Positions 47,503 to 60,431 of a stretch of 64,000 nucleotides of DNA are shown piece after piece (the stretch's first letter is position 1; each line of letters starts with the position of its first letter). This DNA is from Leucoraja erinacea (Eukaryota), in NCBI RefSeq assembly GCF_028641065.1, contig NC_073410.1, forward strand, positions 1,364,001 to 1,428,000. The letters are read 5' to 3'. Both the position numbers and the translations under genes were made by a program. The notes beneath the pieces are model-generated. The model was not told where the DNA came from, made no database searches, and was given only the letters and a program-made list of their open reading frames with translations.

Positions 47503-48129
47503 CAACGCTGACGTGTTCGATTAAGCTCAGCTCAATTAGTTAATGGCGTGGTACTCCAGGAGAAAATTCACATTCAATGTCATACTCTCAGCTTTAAAGA
47601 TGCTTCTTGCGAAAATCAATTTTGTAAAAAGTCTACGTCTAGCCAAAGTGTCCTGAAGTGATAAATTATGAGTGGTATCTCACTGGTATTTTTCTTGTTT
47701 ATTTCTCTTGTCACTGTTGGATAATGGGGTCTCAGTCTGAAACCTGTATGACGTCTAACCATGAGCCTTCCAATTTCATGCAAGCAGTTCCTTGTCTCCA
47801 CTCAATAATTCTCCTTTGGATCACTTTCTCCTTTAGACAATGTACAGTTTCATCTTCTTGCTAAACCACAATCAAACACTGCATCACCTGAGGTAGATCA
47901 CAAAATGCTGGAGTAACTCAGCGGGACAGGCAGCATCTCTGAATGGGCGACATTTCGGGTCGATACCCTTCTTCAGACTGATGTTGGGGGGGGGGGGGAC
48001 ACTGTCCCTGTTACGAATGTAGGGGTCGGAAGTATGTATTCGGAGACAGTAAGACCAATGGGAGAACTGGGAAGGGGGAGAGGATGGAGAGAGAGAGAAA
48101 GCAAGGATTACTTGAAGTTGGGGAAGTCA

Positions 48130-48747
48130 ATGTTTATACCGCTGGGGTTCCCTAAAGAATGAGGACATTTCTGATGCCCTGGTATGGAACGCCTCATCCT
48201 GGTCGCAGATGCGGTGTAGACGGAGGAATTGGGAGTCCTTACAGGAAGCAGGGTAGGAAGAAATGTAGTCTAGATAGCAATGGGAGTCAGTAGGTTTGTA
48301 GTAGATATCGGCCAATAGTCTGTCGTGTGGCGTGCACAGCCTAAAGTTGTAGGATAACTTGTTCTCTTTGATCTTCCATTTGTGCACGTCGAGTTGATTG
48401 CATTAGTCAAAACAAGGCGGACCACGTGAAGGTTGCAATCTTCCACCCCGTCTGTCTCCTGTGATGGAGACGGTGAGATCCAGAAATGGTAGGGAGATGT
48501 TGGAGGTGGTCCAGGTGAATTTGAGTGCAGGATGGAAATTAGTCGTGAAGTTGAAGTCAGTGAGTTCTGCATGGGTGCAGGAGGTAGCACCAATGCAGTC
48601 GTCAATGTAGTGGAGGTAGAGTTCGGGGAAAGGGCCAGTGTACGCCTGGCACTGTGATTGTTCGAGGTACCTTACATAGAGGCAGGCATAACTGGGCCCC
48701 ATGCTTGTGCCCATAGCTACGCCTTGGACTTGGAGGAAATTGGACAT
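48130..48747 (-). mobile_element. Penelope-like element reverse transcriptase fragment
   Basis: QVQGVAMGTSMGPSYACLY...YIDD...HPALKFT...LPFLD and DIYYKPTDSHCYLDY; interrupted by a short SINE. Confidence 0.85.
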
Positions 48748-49535
48748 CGCCTGATGTCTCTTCTGATAGGAAACGATGGTATCCCCAAACCAGAGAGGCC
48801 GTCAGGCAGCTGTTTGACATTCTTTCCATTTTGACGTTGGTAAAATTAAATAGGGAATGTCTGATGATGAGATCAGATTAGATCTCATGAGTGTTGGCAT
48901 CTGTTAAATGTTACAATACTTCTAAATTAAGCTATTCAATGCTGTGCATTCATCAGCATTATTAATTGTAATATTTGGCAGTAACCATCTTGGTAAAAGT
49001 CCAGCATTGACAAATACAAAGTCCTCCACTGCCTTATTTACAATTCTCAGCCTTAAAGACATGAGAAACATGCAATGCCACAGGTTCAACAACATTTTTA
49101 GACATTAAATGACTAATAAACTAAATAACTTCACTTTACTTTAGACTTTAGAGATGCAGCATGGAAACAGGCCCTTCGGCCCACAAAATCCATGCTGACC
49201 AGAGATTACCCTGTACAGTAGCACTAACCTACACCATAGGGACAATTTTACAGAAGCCTATTAACCAACAATCCTGGAAGTCTTTGGAGTGCCGGAGGAA
49301 ACAGACGCAGTCACAGGGCGAACTCGACACACACAGCATCCGAGTTCAGGATCAACCCCTGGTCTATGGTGCTGTGACTCTACCGCTGTACCACCCCCAC
49401 TTGTACCCACCAGAGCTTGGATCTCCATGTGTTGTCAATAGTTTTAGTTTTGGCCTGACGACAAGATGCTGGAAGTGCTGGAGGAACTCAGCAGGTCAGG
49501 CAGCATCTGTGGAGGGAATGGACAGTTGATCTAAA

Positions 49536-50295
49536 TTATCTAAATGGTGGCCGATTGGGAAAGGGGGAGAGGCAGCGAGACCTGGGTGTCATGGTACACC
49601 AGTCATTGAAGGTAGGCATGCAGGTGCAGCAGGCAGTAAAGAAAGCGAATGGTATGTTAGCTTTCATTGCCAAAGGATTTGAGTATAGGAGCAGAGAGGT
49701 TCTACTGCAGTTGTACAGGGTCTTGGTGAGACCACACCTGAGTATTGCGTACACAGTTTTGGTCTCCAAATCTGAGGAAGGACTTATTGCCATAGAGGGA
49801 GTGCAGAGACGGTTCACCCAGACTGATTCCTGGGATGTCAGGACTGTCTTATGAAGAAAGACTGGATAGACTTGGTTTATACTCTCTAGAATTTAGAAGA
49901 TTGAGAGGGGATCTTATAGAAACTTAAAAATTCTTAGGGGTTGGACAGGCTAGATGCAGGAAGATTGTTCCCGATGTTAGGGAAGTCCAGGACAAGGGGT
50001 CACAGCTTGAGGATAAAGGGGAAATCCTTTAAAACCGAGATGAGAAGAACTTTTTTCACGCAGAGAGTGGTGAATCTCTGGAACTCTCTGCCACAGAGGG
50101 TAGTTGAGGCCACTTCATTGGCTATATTTAAGAGGGAGTTAGATGTGGCCCTTGTGGCTAAGGGGATCAGGGGGTATGGAGAGAAGGCAAGTACGGGATA
50201 CTGAGTTGGATGATCAGCCATGATCATATTGAATGGCGGTGCAGGCTCGAAGGGCCGAATGGCCTACTCCTGCACCTAATTTCTATGTTTCTATG
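49536..50295 (+). mobile_element. CR1 (HER1-type) LINE 3' fragment
   Basis: RDLGVMVHQSLKVGMQVQQAVKKANGMLAFI...LQLYRVLVRPHL...[14 protein letters not shown], with a (TTTCTATG)n tail. Confidence 0.92.
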
Positions 50296-50861
50296 TTGAT
50301 GTTTTGGGTCGGGACCCTTCAAACTGATCACCTGTAGAAACATTGAAACATAGAAAATAGGTGCAGCAGTAGAGGCCATTCGGCCCTTCGAGCCTGCACC
50401 GCCATTCAATATGATCATGGCTGATCATCCAACTCAGTATCCTGTACCTGCCTTCTCTCCATACCCCCTGATCCCTTTAGCCACAAGGGCCACATCTAAC
50501 TCCCTCTTAAATATTGGGACTCTTCCCAATGAGAAGAGTCCCAACCTGAAGCCTCATCTGGCCATGACCTCCACAGATGCTGCCTTACCATCTGAGAAGG
50601 TAACTTCACACTCTGTATTCTGAGCTGCCCTGAAAGACTCTCCTCCTCCCTTGATCCTGCTTTGACATTCAGAATTATAATCCAATGTTGTAATCCATGT
50701 GGCAATAAATCACTCTTGAGGTTATGGGGAGAAGGCAGGAGAATGGGGTTAGGGGGGAGAGATAGATCAGCCATGATGGGAATGGTGGAGTGGAGTAGAG
50801 TGGACCTGATGGGCTGAATGGCCTCATTCATCTCCTATCCCTTATGACCTTGGCTCTTGGC

Positions 50862-51345
50862 AACTGTGTGTTTTGCGGCGGTGTGGTGAACGCGCTGCTT
50901 TACGGCAGTGGGGCAGGCGGGGCGGGCGGCAATGCTTTACGGCAGTGTGGCGAGTCAGTGCGCTGTGTTTTACGGCGGTGTGGTGAACGCGCTGCTTTAC
51001 GGCAGTGGGGCAGGTGTGGTGAACGCGCTGCTTTACGGCAGTGGGGCAGTGTGGCAGGTGGGGCGGGCGATGCTACTTTACGGCAGTGTGGCGAGTCAGT
51101 GCGCTGTGTTTTGCGGCGGTGTGGTGATCGTGGTGCTTTACGGCAGTGGGGCAGGCGGGGCGGGCGGGGCTGCTTTACGGCAGTGTGGCGAGTCAGTGCA
51201 CTGTGTTTTACGGCGGTGTGGTGAACGCGCTGCTTTACGGCAGTGTGGCAGGCGGGGCGGGCGGGGCTACTTACGGCAGTGTGGCGGCGGCGGGCGGCGG
51301 TGGGGGCGGGGCCTACACGGTTCTCCCCTCTCCTGTACTCGGGGC
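50862..51345 (+). promoter_or_regulatory. CHCHD1 promoter CpG island made of a compound minisatellite (TTTACGGC x10, GC boxes)
   Basis: Ten exact TTTACGGC plus three variants, and several GGGGCGGG boxes directly upstream of the ATG. Confidence 0.7.
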
Positions 51346-51347
51346 CG

Positions 51348-51484
51348 ATGGCGGGCGGCGGGAACGCGCTGCGGGCGCGGCTGGGCCTGGGCCCGGGGGC
51401 TGGCGAGCGGGAGGTCGGTGCTCAGGCCCAGCCGGCCCCTGGTGCTGGCCGACAGGGTGGCGAACCGCAGGAGGCGGCTGGGCG
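51348..51484 (+). CDS. CHCHD1: CHCHD1 exon 1
   Basis: [18 protein letters not shown] matches the conserved CHCHD1 N-terminal segment; donor GTGAGT; the ATG frame is offset by 1 nt. Confidence 0.8.
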
Positions 51485-54400
51485 GTGAGTGGACGGGGGG
51501 AGGGCCCGGGGTGCATGTGTGTGTGTGTGGGGTATACATGTGTGTGTGTGTGTGTGTGGGAATACATGTATTGTGTGTGTGTGTGGTATACAGGCGTGGT
51601 GGGTGTGGGAATACATGTGTGTGGTGTGGGGGTGTACGTGTGTGTGTGTGTGTGGGGTATACATGTGTGTGTGGGGTATACATGTGTGTGTGTGTGTGGG
51701 GTATACATGTGTGTGTGTGTGTGGGGTATACATGTGTGTGTGTGTGGGGTATACATGTGTGTGTGTGGGGTATACATGTGTGTGTGGGTGTGTGGAATAC
51801 ATGTGTGTGGGTGTGGGGTGTACGTGTGTGTGTGTGTGTGGGGTATACATGTGTGTGTGGGGGATACATGTGTGTGTGTGTGTGGGGTATACATGTGTGT
51901 GTGTGTGTTGTGTATAAATGTGTGTGGGTGTGGGGTATACATGTGTGTGTGTGTGGGGTATACATGTGTGTGTGGGTGTGTGGAATACATGTGTGTGGGT
52001 GTACATGTGTGTGTGTGTGGGGTGTACATAATACATGTACAATACAATACAAATTTATTATCATTTGAGCCCCAGTGAGACTCAAACGAAATGTTGTTTC
52101 CACAGCCATACAAACAAAGACACTGTCTTACAGACATACACAAAATTAAATTCACACAAACATCCATCACAGTGAAGCCACTGTGATGGAAGGCAAGTCT
52201 TTTCTCTCCCCTGTTCTCCGTGTCTCTCCCGATGTCCAAGCCCCATGTGTGTGTGTGTGTGTGGGTGTATACATGTGTGTGTGTGTGTGTATGTGTGTGT
52301 GTATATGTGTGTGGTGTGTGTATACATGTGNNNNNNNNNNNNNNNNNNNNNNNNNNNNNNNNNNNNNNNNNNNNNNNNNNNNNNNNNNNNNNNNNNNNNN
52401 NNNNNNNNNNNNNNNNNNNNNNNNNNNNNNNNNNNNNNNNNNNNNNNNNNNNNNNNNNNNNNNNNNNNNNNNNNNNNNNNNNNNNNNNNNNNNNNNNNNN
52501 NNNNNNNNNNNNNNNNNNNNNNNNNNNNNNNNNNNNNNNNNNNNNNNNNNNNNNNNNNNNNNNNNNNNNNNNNNNNNNNNNNNNNNNNNNNNNNNNNNNN
52601 NNNNNNNNNNNNNNNNNNNNNNNNNNNNNNNNNNNNNNNNNNNNNNNNNNNNNNNNNNNNNNNNNNNNNNNNNNNNNNNNNNNNNNNNNNNNNNNNNNNN
52701 NNNNNNNNNNNNNNNNNNNNNNNNNNNNNNNNNNNNNNNNNNNNNNNNNNNNNNNNNNNNNNNNNNNNNNNNNNNNNNNNNNNNNNNNNNNNNNNNNNNN
52801 NNNNNNTATATACATGTGTGTGTGTGTGGTGTATACATGTGTGTGGGTGTGTGGGGTATACATGTGTGTGTGTGTGGTGTATACATGTGTGTGTGTGTGG
52901 GGTATACATGTGTGTGTGGTATACATGTGTGGGTATATATGTGTGTGTGTGTGGGGGTATACATGTGTGTGTGTGTGGGGTATACATGTGTGTGTGTGGG
53001 GTATACATGTGTGTGTGGGGTATACATGTGTGTGTGTGTGTGGGGTATACATGTGTGTGTGTGTGTGGAATACATGTGTGTGGGGATGGGGTGTACATGT
53101 GTGGGGATGGGGTATGTGTGTGTGTGTGTGTGGGGTATACATGTGTGTGGGTGTGGGGTATACATGTGTGTGTGTGTGTGGGGTATACATGTGTGTGTGG
53201 GGGTGTATACATGTGTGTGTGGTGTGGTGTGTGGTGTTATACATGTGTGTGTGTGTGTGGGGTATACATGTGTGTGTGTGGGGTATACATGTGTGTGTGT
53301 GGGGAATACATGTGTGTGGGTGTGGGGTATACATGTGTGTGTGTGTGTGGGTATACATGTGTGTGTGTGTGGGAATACATGTGTGTGTGTGTGTGGTGTG
53401 GTGTGTGTGTGTATATTTGTGGAGGATGGTGCATACATGGGGTGGTGTGTACATGAGTGGGGGGGTGGGGGGTGGGGTACATGTGTGTGGGGGGGGGGGG
53501 GGGGGTATATGTGTGGGGGGGGGGGTGTGACCCATGAAACAACTCACCAACAACACTTTATTCCCTACGTGAATAAGTGAGTGAGGCCCACCACAAATTG
53601 GAGGAACAGCACCTCATATTTTGCTTGGGCAGCTTATTACACCCTAGTGGTTTGAACATTGACTTCTCTAACTTCAAGTAATCCTTGCTTTCCCTCTCTC
53701 TCCACATCCCTCCCCCATCCTAGTTCTCTCACAAGTCTGACTGTCCCCCCTCATTACATTTTATCTCCATTTGCTTTGTTGTCACCTTCCCCCAGCTAAC
53801 AGTGTTCTATTCTACATTTTCATTGATCATTTGTTAACTTGTTTTCACACCTTTCCCTCCCATATCTCTGTCCCTTGACTCTCAGTCTGAAGAAGGGTCT
53901 CGACCCGAAACGTCACCCATTCCTTCTCTCCAGAGATGCTGCCTGTCCCATTGAGTTACTCCAGCACTCTATGAAACATCACCTATCCATGTTCTCCAGA
54001 GATGCTGCCTGACCCGCTGAGTTACTCCAGCACTCTGTGAAACGTCACCTATCCATGTTCGCCACAGATGCTGCCTGACCCGCTGAGCTACTCCAGCACT
54101 CTGTGAAACGTCACCTATCCATGTTCTCCAGAGATACTGCCTGACCCGCTGAGTTACTCCAGCATTTTGTGTTTTATTTTCTGTATAAATACAAGATTGC
54201 TTGTTCATTATCTGTCTAATTAATCTTCCAACGTTCACCAGAAGGCACCATTTGATGATCGCCTTCAACGCTTAAATGTCTATCGATTAAAAATAATCTA
54301 CAGTTTTGCATTTTTCCTGTATATTAATTTTCAGTGACAGTATGTGTTAATAATCCACAGAGGCAACATGCATAACAGAGATGACTGTGATGATGTCCTG

Positions 54401-57105
54401 CTGGAAACAGAACAGTTTCAATGAGGCAGCTTGTAGTGAAGAGATCCGGGCGTTCTATACCTGCGCAGACAAAGCAGAGGTAATGTTCATTTAAACATTA
54501 AGCTGGAGACAGAGAAAAGGATGCTCTGTGTAGTGAAAGACAAATATGCTGAGGATACGCTTGGGTAGCTTGCAACCCAATGGTATGAACATTGAATCCT
54601 CCACTTCCAGCTAACTAACCTACAAACAACCCCTCCCCCCCCCCCACCTTTTTCCTCCTCTCCTCATTGTGCCCCACCCAGAAATACAAACATTCCTTCC
54701 TCCCCTTGCACCCTCATCCCCAACACATATTCCTTCCCCAGCTTCCTATTTCATGCATCTTCTATCCCTAGCTCGCTCTTTTGGTCTTTTCAGTTCTGGT
54801 CTTTGTCCACCCATCTGCCAATCTAAAGCACCCCATCGCCTGTATTACTTGCCGATTCCTCCAACCTCCCAGCCAGCTTTCTCCCCATACCACAACCAGC
54901 CTGAAGAAGTTCCCAAAATGTCACCTCTCCATGTCCTCCAGAGATGCAGCCCGGCCCGTTGAGTTACTGCAGCACTTTGTTTTTTGTGTGTGCTGTGGAT
55001 AAGGGTGTGCATTATTCTGACTTCACTGGAATATCCAGAGTAAGGGCAGTGAGAGAAATGCGTTAGATTCAGATTTGCTCCAATTAATTCTTGAGGAAAC
55101 TGCTCTAAGCAGCAGAGATATTGACAACTTGTAGCGTGACACCGCACCAGCTGTGGACTTCGGCTTTGGTGGGAATTAAATGCAACTCGTGTGTGAAAAG
55201 CTGACATTTACTGGGTAGTGTTTGATGTTATTCCCTTTCTATTTGTAGGAGTGCATGTTGTCTTTCCTATTGTTTTTAAGTAGCATGCAGAGTCCAATGT
55301 GATATAAATACACAAAAGCCTGTACCTTACACCAATGGAACTAATGTGTATTCTATGCAGCCTGATCCATTGATTGATTGAAACCTGCAAGTTATTTGTA
55401 TATATCACGGTAACTCAATAGACTGATGAAAGGACGTGATCCTTTATGTGCAGCCTTGTAATATTAATTGTGTAATGACTGAAAGCAATTTATAAAAGTC
55501 CTTTTATTTATTTCACGGGGATTTGGGTGGAAACCGTTGAGAAGATTTCCAATAATAAACAGTATAGGTATAATAAGCAATATAAGGTCATAGTTGATAG
55601 GAGCAGAACTAGGCCATTCAGCCAATCAAGTCTACTCCGCCATATAACCATGGCTGATCTATCTCTCCTAATCCCATTCTCCTGCCTTCTCCCCATAACT
55701 CTGACACCCGTACTAATCAAGAACCTATCTATCTCTGCCTTAAAAATATCTGTTGACTTGGCCTCCACAGCCTTCTGTGGCAAAGAATTCCACAGATTCA
55801 CCACCCTCTGACTAAAAAAATCCCTCTTCATCCCCTTGCTAATGGAACGTCCTTTAATTCTGAGGCTGTGACCTCTAGTCCTAGACTCTCCCACCAGTGG
55901 AAACATCCTCTCCACATCCACTCTATCCAAGCTTTTCACTATTCGGTACTTCTCAATGAGGTCCCCCCTCATTCTTCTAAACTCCAGCGAGTATAAGCCC
56001 AGAGCTGTCAAACGCTCATCATATGTTAACCCACCCATTCCTGGGATTATTTTTATAAACCTCCTCTGGACCCTCTCCAGAGCCAGCACATCCACCCTTG
56101 GAAATGGTGCCCAGAATTGCTCACAATATTCCAAATGCGGCCTGACCCACTCCTTATAGAGTCTCAGCATTATATCCCTGTTTTATATTCTATCCCTCTT
56201 GAAACAAATGCTGGCATTGCGTAGGTTTCTAGCAGAGGCACACTTTCCTCACCCATTGAACTTTGCAGGGAATATCAACGCTTCAGATGTTCATTTCAAG
56301 ATGGCTAGCTTTTACTGAGGTTTTAGATTTTAAAGATTGATATGAAACTGGTTTTCACGATGTAGATGCAAGGAACTGCAGATGTTGGTTTACTAACCTT
56401 TACCCTAATGCAGATGTTGGTTTCCCAAAAAAAGTGCTGGAGTAAGTCAGTGGATTAGGCAGCATCTTTATAGAGGTGACGCTTTGGGTCAGAACCCTTC
56501 TTCAAAACTGCCTACTTCAGATAATGAAGAAGGGTCTTGACTAAAAACATTGCCTATTTGTGTCTTCCGTAGATACTGCCTGACCCGTTGAGTCACTCCA
56601 TCAGTTTGTGTCTTTAACTTCCACAATGTGCCTTGTACCAGTTGATGGTTCCAATGTTGGACATATTGGCACAATTTAGTTACACAGAGTGAAAAGCCCT
56701 TCAGCCCACTGGGTCAAAACTGACCATCGATCATCAAACATTTTTGGGTCCTACACATGATGGACAATTTACAGAAGCCAATTAACCTACAAACCTGCAC
56801 TGTAGATCTCTGGCAGCTGCCAGGCAGCAACTCGACCACTCTACCATGTGATGCCCTCTTACATGTCCAGGACTTTGTTTAGCATTCCAGCAATAAGCAA
56901 TGGTTGAGATATTATCCCTGGCAGTTTGCTGTACCGGACAAGGCTCTCAATGTGGTAACCTCGGTGTCTAATGGTAATATCTGTCTTGCAGGCTGAAAGG
57001 AAAGCAAAAGCAAGTGCGGATGGTGTGACACAGACTGGGTTTTTGACGCCTAAACAAGCCACAAAGTTGCTGCAGAGATATCCAAACAAAACACATGTCA
57101 CCTAG
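51348..57105 (+). CDS. CHCHD1: CHCHD1 / mitoribosomal small-subunit protein mS37 (twin CX9C), 3 exons, about 122 aa, with an apparent +1 frameshift in exon 1
   Basis: Exon 1 51348-51484 ([12 protein letters not shown].../...[23 protein letters not shown] |gtgagt). Exon 2 54361-54479 ([40 protein letters not shown]). Exon 3 56992-57105 (AERKAK...[20 protein letters not shown]). Confidence 0.93.
51511..53530. repeat. (GT)n-GGGGTATACAT minisatellite in CHCHD1 intron 1, interrupted by a retroelement tail and an N gap
   Basis: Units of about 20-23 bp, GTGTGTGTGTGGGGTATACAT. Confidence 0.95.
52331..52806. other. Assembly gap
   Basis: Run of N. Confidence 1.
53578..53968 (+). mobile_element. Penelope-like element 3' region with hammerhead motif
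   Basis: [14 protein letters not shown]...; CTGAAGAAGGGTCTCGACCCGAAACGTC at 53887-53914. Confidence 0.75.
54361..54479 (+). CDS. CHCHD1: CHCHD1 exon 2 (CHCH domain)
   Basis: C-x9-C-x10-C-x9-C; ccacag| ... |gtaatg. Confidence 0.95.
55595..56220 (-). mobile_element. CR1 LINE 3' fragment in CHCHD1 intron 2
   Basis: [14 protein letters not shown]...LERVQRRF...[15 protein letters not shown]...[14 protein letters not shown]. Confidence 0.92.
56992..57105 (+). CDS. CHCHD1: CHCHD1 exon 3
   Basis: tcttgcag| ...KLLQRYPN... TAG. Confidence 0.93.
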   Translation, partial: AERKAKASADGVTQTGFLTPKQATKLLQRYPNKTHVT

Positions 57106-57704
57106 TATTCTGCGGGGATTTAAAAGGCTGCTGCACTCTTGTCTTTGACATTTGGGAATGTCACGAACACCCCGACTATGTCTTCATGCCGCAGGTGATG
57201 AACGAGGTCTGGGGATGTCCTCAGCTGGATCTCCTCACTGTCTAATGTACAAACATTCAATGATTGCCACTGGTTGAATGGAAGATGAATGTATTGCGTT
57301 TTGTGAACAAGTTAAACGATCTCAAATCTGTTGACTCTGTTTATTGCATAAGAAGATTATTTATAATTATCTTCACAGTTTAATGTGAGAATTGGATTAC
57401 ATTTTTATCAAACTTCAAGAATAATTTCGATTTATGCAGATAACCTTTCTCCCTTGCCTCTCTCTTTATGTTTGTGTGTAAAGGTAAATAAGAATGATCT
57501 GTAGACACAAGGAACTGCAAGTGCTGGTTTACAAAGAAGGGCACAGAGTGCTGGATTAACTCAGCAGGACAGGCAGCTTCTCTGGAGAATATGGATAGGA
57601 GACGTTTAGGGTCGGCACCCTTCGTTAGACAGATGTTGATGGATCCCAACCTGAGACATCACCTTTCCATGTTTGCTGCCTTAGCCGCTGAGTTACTCCA
57701 GCAC

Positions 57705-58006
57705 TTAGTTTAGAGATACAGCACGGAACAGGCCCTTCGGCCCACCGAGTTTGCACTGACCAGCAATCCCCGCACAGTAACACAACCATACACACTAGGG
57801 ATAATTTACACAAACACCAAGCCAACTCCCCTGTATGTCTTTGGAGTGTGGGAGGAAATTGAAGATCTCTGAGAAAACTCACGTGGTCACGGGGAGAACA
57901 TACAAACTCCGTACAGACAGCACCTGAAGTCGGGATGGAACTCGCGTCTCCGGCGCTGCAAATGCTGTAAAGCAGCAACTCTACCGCTGCACCACCGTGG
58001 CTGCCC
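57705..58006 (-). mobile_element. HE1-like SINE
   Basis: Reverse complement of the same SINE consensus. Confidence 0.85.
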
Positions 58007-59351
58007 CTTTGTGTCTACCAGATGCCAGTTTTATTGGTTCACTGATATTCAATTGGTCCAGTCTGCTTGTGCTTCAACCCGACAGAATATATTTGTCTGC
58101 TTTGTAAAATGCCTGGCCACGGGATTGAGCTCAGGGGAGAGACAGTCATTGTTAGTCTTTTGCCAAGCTTTCTTCCTGGCAGCAAATTTAGAAACAAAAT
58201 GTATGCTTCTAAATAATTGAATTTGTCAAAGATAAATGTTCCACATGTTGAGTAAAGTGTTCTGTACTTGTGAAAGGAACTGTTTTGCAAGTTATATTTT
58301 CCATGGTCATCAGAGATGGACCGTTATCTATTAAGACTGAGGGCAGTGGAGTAGTTATGGAAATAATTCCCCGTTAAGTTTGTTTTCAGTATTCTTGATG
58401 GTTTAAACCAGCATCTTCAGTTCCTTCCTACACTCTGTACCTGTGGCCTGTGTTCTATTGCCTCAGTGCATTCCGCTCATTAAATAAATTGATATTTAAT
58501 TCTGATACTAGCACTTGGTCTTTCCTAATCAATTAGTAGAAGTCTTGATTTGGTTCTAAATGGGGGAACATTTTGTCCACATTCATTACAATAATATTGT
58601 TTTGTGTTACCACTTGTTAATGCAGAAGATTCATAATATCTATCTCTTAAAACTGCATTAAATGTCAGACATGAATGTTGGGCAGCCAAGATTCCCTTTC
58701 CTCCTTCATGATCAATGGATTTAGTAGATTATGCCGCTAGTTGTATCTTTAAATAATAACGGAAGGTGTTGCTTTAGCCCACTCCACAAGAGGGACAAAT
58801 GCTCTAATCTTCAGCTATTGAGGTCACGTAAAAAGGTCGAGATGTTTCCTTCGAAGGTAGACGCAAAATGCTGGAGTAACTCAGCGGGACAGGCAGCATC
58901 TCTGGAGAGAAGGAATGGGTGACGTTTCGGGTCGAGACCCTTCTTCAGGCTCTCCAGCATTAAACCAGCATCTACAGTTCTTTCCTACACAAGAGGTTTC
59001 CTTCCATCCGAGACCGCATCACATAAGCACATTCTTTCACGTAGAAATACATAAAAGCTGTTTAAAAACATTTTATTCACTCCTAAGTTGCTGTCCACCA
59101 AGAGAATCGATGATCAGCGTTATGAGCAGAAAATGCAGCTGAAGCTGTGAAGCCACTAATAGAGGCAACTTCTCAGCTGCATGTCAGGGTCTTCCATCAA
59201 AGCTCTGCTTCCTGATGTTAGGAAAAACGGTGGCCATCAAGGGTGAGGGTACCACACATCTGGACAAATAGAAGGTGATTGGAAGCAGGCAACGCACACT
59301 TCAACAGGGGCATCGTGCTAAGCGGAAGCAGTAATAGTATTAAGTTGGCCA

Positions 59352-60321
59352 GATACAATACAATACAATACAAATTTATTATCATTTGAGCCCCAGTGAG
59401 ACTCAAACGAAATGTTGTTTCCACAGCCATACAAACAAAGATACTGTCTTACAGACATACACATAATTAAATTCACACAAACATCCATCACAGTGAAGCC
59501 ACTGTGATGGAAGGCAAGTCTTTTCTCTCCCCTGTTCTCCGTGTCTCTCCCGATGTCCAAGTCCCAGGCGGGCGATGATGAGTCCCACGGCCATTTTAGG
59601 CCGCGCGGGGCGATGTACGGCCCCGCTCCCGGTCTGAAAGTCACAATGTTGGAGCCCCCGGCGGGCGCTGGAATGTCCCACGGCCATGAAGCCGTGCCAG
59701 GCGATGTACGGCCCCGCTCCCGGTCTGAAAGTCCAAGGTTGGAACCCCCACGGGCGATGGTGAGTCCCACGGCCATGAAGCCGTGCCGGGTGATGTACTG
59801 TCCCGGTCCGGGTTGTTCCAACCCCGTGACACCGGCTGGAGAAGTCGCGTTGCGGGAGCTCCGGGAAGCGGTCTCTCTCTCTCCTCCCAGACCCGCGAGC
59901 TCCCGATGTCACAGTCCACCGGACCTGCGGCTGCGTTGCTGGAGCCTCCGAGCCCCAGGAGTCGAGTCGCAGCAGCGAGTCACCGCCGCTCCCCACGCTC
60001 CGAGGCCGGCCAGCCCCACGATGGTGAGTAGTCCGCAGATCCGCAGCTCCGCAGTCTCCCGAGCCCCCGGGTCGTTCAGGCTGGAGGCCGCTCCACGGTG
60101 CTAGGCCCCAACGACAGCCGAGACCCGACAGGGAAAAAGTCGGGTCTCCCAGACAGGGAAGAGATTTAAATAGTTTCCCCCCCCCCCCCCCCCGCCCCCC
60201 ACATTTACACATTTAAAGATACTATTAAAAAACAGCAAACACTACATTTAACTAGACAAAAAATAAAAAAAAAAGACAGACAGGCTGTAGGGGCCGCTGC
60301 AACGGGTGAGTCGCGCCGCCT
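59352..60321 (-). mobile_element. About 970-bp GC-rich non-autonomous retroelement with internal ~110-bp repeats and (TTGTA)n tail
   Basis: The 3' ~210 bp is near-identical to 52035-52243; aataaa and a microsatellite tail; three internal tandem copies of ggcgatgtacggccccgctcccggtctgaaagtc-like units. Confidence 0.65.
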
Positions 60322-60431
60322 GACACAGATGCAATGTATGTGGACTTTAATCGAGATTGGAGGGTGTAGATTTGTTATTTGATCTGTCCTCCGCACTTTC
60401 AAACTTAGACTGAAGTTCCAAACATGAACCA

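Noticed and set aside
50932-51347. Upstream in-frame ATGs (50932, 51070) that could bypass the CHCHD1 frameshift
   Set aside because: They lie in the promoter minisatellite and would add about 90-140 repeat-encoded residues while losing the LRARL homology.
50844-53580. Many long ORFs (up to 747 aa) rich in CV/HT dipeptides
   Set aside because: They are translations of (GT)n minisatellite and an N gap; only 51348-51484 is coding.
59318-60212. ORFs of 167-269 aa
   Set aside because: Arise from GC-rich internal repeats of a non-coding element; no domain signature.
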